From an uncultured Candidatus Saccharibacteria bacterium (lineage in GTDB: Bacteria > Patescibacteriota > Minisyncoccia > UBA6257 > JAKLIH01), in assembly GCA_964475745.1 (NCBI GenBank), contig CAYYXO010000003.1, forward strand, positions 1-48,722: a DNA stretch of 48,722 bases. Reading direction: 5' to 3'. Positions 8,190 through 17,188 of this stretch are shown piece by piece; the first letter of the stretch is position 1, and each line of letters starts with the position of its first letter. The notes under the pieces are model-generated. The model was not told the DNA's origin and searched no databases. It saw nothing but the letters and a program-made list of their open reading frames with translations. The position numbers and the translations under genes were made by a program.

Positions 8190-10907
8190 ATGGCGAAAAA
8201 AAAATGACATAGTTTGGATATTGATACCACTGTTAAAGAACTAAACAGTGACTTTAAAAAAGGACTAGCTTCTAAAGAAGTTCCTTTGCTTATTAAAAAA
8301 CACGGAGAAAATTCTTTACCAGAAGAAAAGAAAGAGTCTATTTTTAAAATTATTTTACATCAATTTAACAGCCCGTTGATTTATGTTTTATTGATTGCTG
8401 GTATAATTACTTTTTTACTTCAGGATTATACTGACTCAGTTATTATATTTTTAACAGTTATTTTAAACACTGTGATTGGTTTTATTCAAGAGAAAAAAGC
8501 TTCAGATGTTTTAAGTAAACTAAGATCAATTTCCAAAGTAAAATCATATGTTATTCGCGATGGCATTGAAAGGGAAGTTAGCCAAGACGAGCTTACTGTT
8601 GGAGATATTATTATTCTTCATGCTGGCAATAAAGTTCCAGCTGATTGTCGTGTCATTGAATCACATGGATTAAAAGTAAATGAAAGTGCTTTAACAGGCG
8701 AATGACAGCCTGTTCCTAAACATGCCAATGTTTTGCCTGAAGAAACCACTATTTTTGATCAAAAAAATATTCTTTTTATGAGCTGTGGTGTTGAAAGTGG
8801 CTGAGGTAAAGCAATTGTAGTTGAAGTTGGCGTAAAAACAGAAATAGGCAAGATCGCCAAGCTTTTAAAGTCAACGAAAAAAGAAAAAACTATTATTCAA
8901 AAAAAAATACATAATTTTACTTCCTGGCTAGCTATAGGAGTTGCCTTGGTTTCAGTTTTTATATTTATTACCGGAATTATTAGCAATAGACCGTTAAAAG
9001 AAATGTTTTTAATTGCTGTTGTTACTTCAGTAGCAGCTATTCCTGAAGGTTTGGCTGTTGCTTTAACTGTTATTTTGGCTTTAGGCATGTCTCGTATTCT
9101 TGATAAAAAAGGGCTAGTAAGAAATGTTGCTTCTGCCGAAACACTTGGCAGTACTTCTGTTATTGCCACAGATAAAACAGGTACTTTAACAGAAGGAAAC
9201 ATGCAAGTAGCAAATATTTATGCTGGCGAGGAAGGGATTTTAAAAGAAGGCCAAGTTTATAGCAAAATAAATAAAATAACCAAAGAAGACGAATTAAAAA
9301 TGATGTCTTTAAAAGGAGCTATTTTATGTAGTGAAGCTTTTATTGAAAACCCAGATGAAAGCTTTGAGAAATGAATTGTTAGAGGGGACCCCATGGAAAG
9401 AGCTTTATTGGTTGCTGGCATGCATGTTGGCATTACTGAGGATAAAATAAACAATGGCGATAAAGAGGTTGAAAGAAAGCCTTTTGACTCTGCAAGTAAA
9501 TATTCTGCTGTTTTGTATGATCATGACAGTAAACATTATATGCTTTATGTTTTAGGCGCTCCGGAAACACTCTTAAGCAAATCAACTGCTTTTGATGATA
9601 AAAAGGTAGTTGAATTAGATGAAGGTTTAAGACAAAAAATAGTTAATAAATTTGATCTTTTGGCCAGCAAGGGGCAAAGAGTTGTTGCCACTGCCTACAA
9701 AAAAATACCAAAAAGTATTGGTAAGAAGTTTAGTTTACCAACAGAATGCGATTTAACTAAAATATGTGAAGATTTAATTTTTTCTGGATTAATATCGTTA
9801 AGTGATCCTTTAAGAAAAGATATAAAAGAAGTAATTGCTACTTGTCAAACAGCTGGCATTAAAGTAATTATTGTTACTGGAGATCATAAATTAACAGCTA
9901 AAGCTATTGCCGAAGAAATAGGTTTCAAAATAGATAATGACAACTTGATTGATGGCATACAGCTTGAAAAAATGAGTGATGAAGAACTAAGGAATAAAAT
10001 CACTGACATAAAAGTATATGCTAGAGTCGAGCCAGCTCAAAAATTAAGAATTATTGAGGCTTGAAAAGAACTAGGCCATCAAATAGCCATGACAGGCGAT
10101 GGCATCAATGACGCGCCTGCCTTAAGAAGGGCTGATATTGGTATTGGCCTTGAGTCAGGCACAGATATTGCCAAAGAAGCATCTGACCTGGTTTTACTTT
10201 CAGATAATTTTTCAATTATTGTTGAAGCCATAAGAGAAGGTAGAAAAATAGTTGATAACATGAAAAAAACTATCATCTTTATGGTTTCAGAATGTTTTTC
10301 TGAAATAGTCCTGATTTTAGGAAGCATTATTTTTGGTTTACCAATTTTTATTTTGCCAGTGCAAGTTTTGTGAGAAAATTTAATTGAAGGGAGTCCTCAG
10401 GGCATTGCTATTGCTTTTGAGCCAGAAGAAGAAGGTGTTATGAAACGCAAGCCAGAAAGTTTAAAAACACCATTATTTAATAAGCTCATGCTTGATATTT
10501 TGTTTAAATTTGGCATTATTACTGATATTATTCTTTTCTTTTTAGGGTGATATCTATATCACAATGGTATGCCGATTGAAGAAGTAAGAACTTTTTGTTT
10601 TGTTGGCTTGGCTATTTCTTCACTTTTTTATGGTTTTTCTTGCAAAAACCTGAAGAAAAACCTATGGGAATACAATCCTTTTAACAACAAGTGGCTTAAC
10701 CTTTCTGTTTTATTTGGTTGAGTAATGATCTTGTTAGCTGTTTATAATCCAGTTTTGCAAGTATTTCTAAGAACGGTGCCATTACCAACTTTTGACTGAA
10801 TAATTTTAATGTGTCTAGGTCTTACTCAAGTAGCCCTTATTGAATATGTTAAATACACTCATATTAAAAAAGACAGAAAATTAAATAAATTTTCTAAAAA
10901 TATTTAA
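8190..10907 (+). CDS. Cation-transporting P-type ATPase (P2A-like, 905 aa, 9 in-frame TGA)
   Basis: MAKKK[TGA]HSL; VPADCR; PEGL; DKTGTLT; DPLR; VTGDH; MTGDGINDAPAL; QVL[TGA]ENL; TAA 10905-10907. Confidence 0.93.
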
Positions 10908-10908
10908 C

Positions 10909-11556
10909 ATGATAAAAGCAGTTATTTTTGACATGGACGGTGTTATATCTGACACTCAAAAACTTCATGCCAAAGTAGAGTCAGAATTACTTTCCAGATT
11001 TAATGTCAACTTTACTCCAGAAGAAATTACTTTTAAATATGCTGGAGTAAAAACAAAAGAGTTTTTTAATGATTTGCTTAGTAAGGAAGGCAAGGAATTT
11101 GATTTGGATCAATTAATGAAAGAAAAATGAGAAAAAATGGAAACACTAGCCAAAGATTTTGTTGAACCAATTGACGGCATATATGAATTGTTAAAAATGT
11201 TAAAAGAAAAAGGAATAAAAATAGGCCTTGGCTCTGCGTCAAATAAAAGATATATTGAAATCATTTTAAAAGGACTAGAAATAGAAGACTATTTTGAGTC
11301 AATTGTAGGAGGCGATATGGTTGATTTTGGAAAGCCAGCTCCAGATATATTCCTTTTAGCAGCCAAAAAACTTGACATTGAACCTGAAAATTGCCTTGTT
11401 ATTGAAGATGGCATTAGCGGTATGATAGCTGCCAACAAAGGTAATATGGAATGCATTGGCCTAGTTAAAGAAATTGACTATGACAAATACCCAACCAAAA
11501 ACCAAGTATTGTCATTAAGGGAAATAACTTGACAATATTTAGAAGCTAACTTTTAG
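10909..11556 (+). CDS. HAD-superfamily hydrolase (beta-PGM/Gph-like)
   Basis: AVIFDMDGVISDT; KPAPDIFL; CLVIEDG; TGA at 11128 and 11530; TAG 11554-11556. Confidence 0.9.
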
Positions 11557-11608
11557 TTTTTAATTTTTTATGGTATAATATATATAACAAATCTTTTAAT
11601 TTTATTTT

Positions 11609-12271
11609 ATGAAAACAATTTATGCCTCCTTTATGGGCAAAGGTAATTGCGGTAAAGGAACTCAGGCAAAGCTTCTAAAAAACAAATATAATTTAGAAAT
11701 GATTTCAACAGGATCGCTTCTAAGAGAATGAGGAAAGAGGGAGCCGGACAACTTTTGAGCTAAAAAAATTATTAGTGATATGGAGCAAGGTATTATTGTT
11801 CCTTCCGGATTGGTTTTTTATTTATGATTTGAGATACTTATGCATCTAGATGAAAAGCAAGGCATTGTTTTTGAGGGCAGTCCGAGAATGCTTGTTGAAG
11901 CCCAAACCATGGAGGAAATTTTTCATTGGATGAAAAACAATCATTTTTTTGCCTTTTATCTTAATATATCTGATGAAGAGTCAAGAAGCAGATCTGCTTT
12001 AAGACGCTATTGCCCATTATGTCATAAAACCTATTCTTTGGCTTTTACTCCAGGTGTTACGCATTGCCTTGAAGACGGAACCGAACTTTCAATTAGAGAA
12101 GATGACAAGCCAGAAATAGTAGAAAAAAGACTAAGAGAATTTAATGAAAAAGTTGTGCCAGCTATTGAATTTTTGAAAAGCAAAGGTGTTTTGTATGATC
12201 TTGAAGGTACTGGAGAAGTTGAAGATATCTTCAATAAAATAGATCAAATAGTTCAAGAAAAAATTAATTAA
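11609..12271 (+). CDS. adk: Adenylate kinase
   Basis: GKGNCGKGTQA P-loop; ISTGSLLRE; EGSPR; LID CPLC..C..D; REDDKPE..KRL; 3 TGA; upstream of map. Confidence 0.85.
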
Positions 12272-12276
12272 TCATA

Positions 12277-13038
12277 ATGATTACTATAAAAACAAAAAAA
12301 GAAATAGAAATTTTAAAAGAAGGTGGTCAAATACTTAAAAAAACACTTGAAAATGTTTCCAAGCTAGTAAAGCCTGGCATTAGCGCTAAAATTTTAGATG
12401 ACTATGCTTATAAGTTTATTTTGGATAATAATTGTCAGCCAGCTTTTTTAAATTATAAAGCGGATTTTATGTCCCAACCATTTTCAGGAACTCTTTGCGT
12501 TTCTAAAAATGATATTATTGTGCATGGTCTGCCAACAAAAGATTTAATTTTGCATGAGGGAGATATTGTTTCTATTGATTGTGGATTAATTTACAAAAAT
12601 CTCTATGTTGACCACGCTATCACTTTGCCAGTTGGTAAAGTTGATAAAGAAATTACTAAACTGCTTAAAACAACAAAGGAGTCTTTGATGAAAGGTATTA
12701 AAATGGCTAGAAAGGGAAATACAATTGGAGATATTGGACATGCTATTCAAAGTCATGTTGAAGCTAATGGTTTTGCTGTTATAAAAGAATTGATAGGCCA
12801 TGGAGTTGGCTATCAGCTTCACGAAGAGCCAGAAATATATAATTTTGGAATTCCTAATTCTGGCATCAAGTTAAAACCAGGCTTTGTTTTAGCACTCGAA
12901 CCAATGGCCACAAAAAGCCAAACCTCAATTGTTCAAACAGATAATGATGAGTTCAAAACAGAAAACGGAGAATACGCTGCTCACTTTGAGCACTCTATTG
13001 TTATAACAGAAAAAGAGCCAATTATTTTAACAAAATAG
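12277..13038 (+). CDS. map: Methionine aminopeptidase type I
   Basis: IVHGLP; GDIVSIDCG; GHGVG..LHEEP; ALEPM; AAHFEHS. Confidence 0.96.
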   Translation: MITIKTKKEIEILKEGGQILKKTLENVSKLVKPGISAKILDDYAYKFILDNNCQPAFLNYKADFMSQPFSGTLCVSKNDIIVHGLPTKDLILHEGDIVSIDCGLIYKNLYVDHAITLPVGKVDKEITKLLKTTKESLMKGIKMARKGNTIGDIGHAIQSHVEANGFAVIKELIGHGVGYQLHEEPEIYNFGIPNSGIKLKPGFVLALEPMATKSQTSIVQTDNDEFKTENGEYAAHFEHSIVITEKEPIILTK

Positions 13039-13071
13039 CGTTCAAAAATTTAATTATTTTAAAAGCAAAAG

Positions 13072-13482
13072 ATGAGATTTTTAGGTATTGACCATGGCAA
13101 TAAAAGAATAGGCATTTCAATCAGCGACAAGTCAAATCTTATGGCAAATCCTTTTTTAACCATAGAGAACAAAGGGACTAAAAAAGCTATAAAAGATATA
13201 AAGGATATTATTTTAAAAGAAGAAATAACCGATGTGGTGATAGGCGTTCCTTTTAGTTTTGCTTTTGAAGAAACAGGCCAAACAAAAATAGTTGAAAAAT
13301 TTATTGAAGAATTTAAAAAAAGTGTAATAGATATAGCCCTCCATCTTGAAAATGAAGTATTGTCAACTAAAGAAGCAAGTCAAAAGTTGGGCAAGCTAAA
13401 AAATAAAAAAGCTATTATTGACCAAACAGCCAGTTGTTTGATTTTACAAAGCTTTTTAGATAAAAATTATGGAAAACAATAA
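13072..13482 (+). CDS. yqgF: YqgF/RuvX family nuclease
   Basis: FLGIDHGNKRIGISISD; VVIGVP; EVLST; IDQTASCLILQSFLD. Confidence 0.9.
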   Translation: MRFLGIDHGNKRIGISISDKSNLMANPFLTIENKGTKKAIKDIKDIILKEEITDVVIGVPFSFAFEETGQTKIVEKFIEEFKKSVIDIALHLENEVLSTKEASQKLGKLKNKKAIIDQTASCLILQSFLDKNYGKQ

Positions 13483-14440
13483 CAAGCTACAAAAAAATGT
13501 CAATCTTAGTAAATACACTACTTATAAAACAGGCGGTTTGGCGAGGTATTTTGTTCAAATTGATAATGTTGAAGACTTGCTAGAATGTTTAGGTTCTGCT
13601 CAAAAAAGCAACATTCCGGTTTTTGTTTTAGGCGGGGGAAGTAATATTTTAATTCACGATAAAGGTTTTAAAGGGCTTGTGTTAAAAGTTTTAAATAAGA
13701 AACTTTCTGTTGATCAACTTAATAGCGACACTTTTGAAATAACCGTGGGAGCAGGCTGGGGCTTGAACAATCTAATCAACCAACTAAATGAAAAATCCAT
13801 TTCTTGCCTAGAAAAACTATTTGGCATTCCTGGAACTATTGGTGGGTCAATCAGGGGCAATGCAGGAGCAGGTGATTTTGAAATAAAAGATGTTATTGAA
13901 AAAGTTTACAACATTGATTGACTAAAATTTAATAACTATAACTTTGAAATAAAAGATTATAGCCCAAAAGAATGTGCCTTTGGTTATCGCGACAGTATCT
14001 TTAAAAGAAAGGAAAATATTATTTGGGAGGCAAAGATTATTGGCAAGCTAGCCGATAAAGATTTTTTAAGTGAAACCAAGAAAAATATTTTAGCCAAAAG
14101 ATTAAAGTCTCAGCCATATGATTTTCCCAATGCAGGCTCTGTTTTTGCTAACCCAAAGCTAGCAGAATTTGATTTGATTAAAATTAATCCAGAAGAGCTA
14201 TTAATAGTAGAAAATAAAGGCGAAAAGCAAGTTCCAGCTGGCTGATTAATTGATCAATGTGGGCTTAAAGGCTATAGCATTAACGGTGCCAAAGTTTCTG
14301 ACAAACATGCTAACTTCATAATAAATTTTGATCATGCCAAAAGCGAAGATATTTTTAACTTGATAAATTTTATTAAAGAAAAAGTTTTTGAAAAATTTAA
14401 AATTATTTTACAAGAAGAAATACAGCTCATTGGATTTTAA
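13469..14440 (+). CDS. murB: UDP-N-acetylenolpyruvoylglucosamine reductase
   Basis: YTTYKTGG; LGGGSNIL; GIPGTIGG..NAGA; FGYRDS; NAGSVF.NP; PAG[TGA 14243]LIDQCGLKG; KHANF; TAA 14438-14440. Confidence 0.95.
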
Positions 14441-14489
14441 AATATTTTTTAAAAAGTTTTTTATTTTTTATTAATTTCATAAAAAAGAC

Positions 14490-14518
14490 TTGATTTTTTT
14501 TAAAAAATGTTTTACAAT
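14490..14518 (+). promoter_or_regulatory. sigma70-type promoter for the histone-like gene
   Basis: TTGATT-17 nt-TACAAT. Confidence 0.55.
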
Positions 14519-14601
14519 ATAGTAGAAAGTAAAAACAAAATATTTTTTAAAAAAATATTTTGCTAAGGTCGAACAAATAAAAAACATAATAAAAAAATAT
14601 T

Positions 14602-14781
14602 ATGGCTCCAAAGAAAAAAGCTGTCAAAAAGACAGTCAAAAAAGTAGTTGCAAAAAAACCAGCTGCTAAAAAAGCCAAAAAGACAGTTAAAAAGGCAGTC
14701 AAAAAAGTAGCTAAAAAAACTGTAAAAAAAGTAGCTAAAAAACCAGCTGCTAAAAAAACTGTCGCAAGAAAGAAAAAATAG
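14602..14781 (+). CDS. Histone H1-like Lys/Ala/Val-rich small basic protein (59 aa)
   Basis: MAPKKKAVKKTVKKVVAKKPAAKKAKKTVKKAVKKVAKKTVKKVAKKPAAKKTVARKKK; own promoter and terminator; absent from ORF track (under 60 aa). Confidence 0.85.
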   Translation: MAPKKKAVKKTVKKVVAKKPAAKKAKKTVKKAVKKVAKKTVKKVAKKPAAKKTVARKKK

Positions 14782-14816
14782 ACTACTTTTTAAAATAGTT
14801 TATTAAAGAAAGCTTT

Positions 14817-14849
14817 ACCACTCCTTCGTACGAAGGGGTGGTTTATTTT
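14817..14849 (+). terminator. Intrinsic terminator between convergent genes
   Basis: ACCACTCCTTCG-TA-CGAAGGGGTGGT then TTATTTT. Confidence 0.75.
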
Positions 14850-14870
14850 AAATAAAAAATGAAGAAGTTT

Positions 14871-15068
14871 TTAGCTTCTTCATTTTAGCCAGCAGGGTAT
14901 TCTAGTTGATAAATAATTTTTTTCATCAATAAAAATAACAGCAACTAGTTTGTATTTTAAATCAAGCTCTAGATATTTATCCAGGGCTTTTTCAGAGAAT
15001 ATTCCTTTATCAAAAGACCCATGAAGTGATCCAACATAAAGGGTTATTTTCTTTTTTTTATTATTCAT
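14871..15068 (-). CDS. Small orphan protein (65 aa under table 4; 62 aa if the TGA at 14880-14882 is a stop)
   Basis: ATG at 15068 preceded by AAAAGGAG SD; perfect promoter upstream; no family recognised. Confidence 0.5.
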
Positions 15069-15099
15069 AAAAGTACTCCTTTTAACATGTGCTAATAAC

Positions 15100-15128
15100 A
15101 TTATACATTATAAAAATAAAAATGTCAA
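15100..15128 (-). promoter_or_regulatory. Perfect consensus sigma70 promoter
   Basis: Minus strand TTGACA-17 nt-TATAAT. Confidence 0.75.
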
Positions 15129-15181
15129 ACAAGAGAAAGATTTAAAACTTTTCAAAAAGATAGGGTTGTGGTATGGTTTTT

Positions 15182-15304
15182 TGTGGAAAACTTTTTTGCC
15201 TTTTCCCTAAAAACTATTGACTTTTTTATTTTTGTGGAGTATAATATAAGAGAAGTGTAGGTAGGTGGAATAAAGTGGGGAAAACTTAAAAAGTTTGTGG
15301 AAAA
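15182..15304 (+). promoter_or_regulatory. mraZ control region: promoter, MraZ-binding repeats, two DnaA-box matches
   Basis: TTGACT(15217)-17-TATAAT(15240); GTGTAG/GTGGAA/GTGGGG at 15255/15265/15275 (10-nt period); TGTGGAAAA at 15182 and 15296. Confidence 0.7.
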
Positions 15305-15374
15305 CTTTTAAAACTAACATTTCAAAAAGCTTTCTTTAATAAACTGTTTGTTTATAAAAATTAAACATATAATT

Positions 15375-15806
15375 ATGTTCATTGGTGAATATAAACATAC
15401 AATCGATCCAAAGAATAGAATAACTATTCCGTCAAAATTTCAACCACAGCTTGCTGAAGGTGCTGTTTTGACGAAGGGCCTTGATAATTGTTTGTTTTTA
15501 TTTACCATTGAAGAATGAAAAAAAGTTGCGGATCAAATCAAACAGCAATCTTTCACGACAGCCAATGCTCGTGCTTTTAGTCGTTTGATGCTGGCTGGAG
15601 CAATGGATGTTAAACTTGATAGCCAGGGAAGAGTTTTGATTCCTAGTTATCTTTCAGAATACAGCCAGTTAAATCAAAAAGTTGTTGTTGCTGGCTTATA
15701 TGATAGATTAGAAATTTGAAATGAAAATGCCTGAGAAGAGTATAAAAAGAAAACAGAAAGCAATGCCAATGAAATTGCAGAACAAATGTCAAGCTTGGGA
15801 TTATAG
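15375..15806 (+). CDS. mraZ: Transcriptional regulator MraZ (143 aa)
   Basis: [19 protein letters not shown]; [13 protein letters not shown][TGA]; [10 protein letters not shown]; RLEI[TGA]NENA[TGA]EEY; absent from the code-11 track. Confidence 0.96.
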
Positions 15807-15825
15807 AAACTTATAAAAAAATTTT

Positions 15826-16716
15826 ATGCATATTCCGGTTCTTTTAAAAGAGGTTATTAAAAGCTTTGACCCTAAGGAAAATGAAAACTATGTTGATTGC
15901 ACTTTAGGTGAAGGAGGTCATAGCTTAGAAATTCTTAAAAGAATTATACCTCATGGCAAGCTTTTAGGAATAGATTTAGACAAAAGAAACTTATCATTTG
16001 TAAAGGAAAAATTTATTAGTCAAAATATCACAGAAAAAAACTTTATTTTAGCAAATGGAAATTTTAAAGATATAGAAAAAATAGTAGCTGAAAATAATTT
16101 TGATGATATTTCCGGTATTTTGTTTGACTTAGGGCTAAATAGCTATTTTCTAGAAGAAAGCAAACGAGGTTTTTCTTTCAAATATGACGAAGTTCTCGAC
16201 ATGAGATTTAATGAAGAAACTGAACTTACTGCCAAAGATGTGGTTAATAAATATTCCAAAACAAAGATCCAAGACATTCTAGAAGAACTAGGCGAAGAAT
16301 CATTTGCTAGAAATATAGCAGAAAACATCATTCAATCAAGAAAAAAGCAAGAAATAAGAACTACCTTTGATCTAAATGAAATAGTTTTTAAATCAACCCC
16401 TCATTGATATCAAAAAAGAAAGATACATGCATCCACTAAAACCTTTATGGCTTTAAGAATATATGTAAACCAAGAATTCGAAAATTTGAAAAAAGCGTTA
16501 AGCGGAGCAAGCAAGTTAATATCAAAGGAAGGAAAAATTGCTATTATTACCTTTCATTCTTTAGAAGATAAGATTGTCAAAAATTATTTTAAAGAAATGG
16601 TTAGTCAAGGCGACTTTAGGATGTACAATAAAAAGGTCATTAAACCAAACTGGACGGAGATAAAACACAATAGAAGAAGTCGTTCAGCTAAATTAAGAGT
16701 TATTATTAAAAATTAA
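15826..16716 (+). CDS. rsmH: 16S rRNA m4C1402 methyltransferase RsmH
   Basis: MHIPVLLKEV; DCTLGEGGHS; FDLG; LDMR; TGA 16405; ALRIYVNQE; ITFHSLEDKIVK; RSRSAKLR. Confidence 0.96.
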
Positions 16717-16744
16717 TTATTAATAAAAAACTAAACTAGCAACC

Positions 16745-17170
16745 ATGACTATTCACAGCTATTATTATCAAAAACCAAGCATCTTAAATATTATGCCAAA
16801 AATCAACACGCGCTTTAGCGTGAAAAAAATAAAAAGATCTGGTGCTAATTATGTTGAAGGTTTTGATAAAATATCAACCAAAAAGAAAATCTTTTTAGCA
16901 GGATTTATTGGGCTTTTTGTTTTTATAGCTGGTGGTTATATCTATAGTTTGTCAACTCTTACTAATTTAGATTATCAAATTTATAGCCTAAAAGAGCAAA
17001 TTTTAACTTACGAAAAAGAAAATGCAGAATTAAAGTCTCAAATGGTTAGAAATATTTCTCCCGAATCAATTGCTAATTGAGCAGAAAGTAATGGCTTTGT
17101 TAAAAATGAAACATTTTCTTCTTTTGAAGTTAAAAACTCAATTATTGCTGCAAATATTAACAGCTTTTAA
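16745..17170 (+). CDS. FtsL-like bitopic coiled-coil protein
   Basis: Single TM then coiled coil; AN[TGA]AESNGF; between rsmH and ftsI. Confidence 0.65.
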
Positions 17171-17188
17171 CAAAATTTAGGTTATCTT

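Noticed and set aside
15180-15309. Replication origin at the DnaA-box matches
   Set aside because: Only two good boxes, no dnaA/dnaN nearby and no switch in gene orientation; better explained as promoter regulation.
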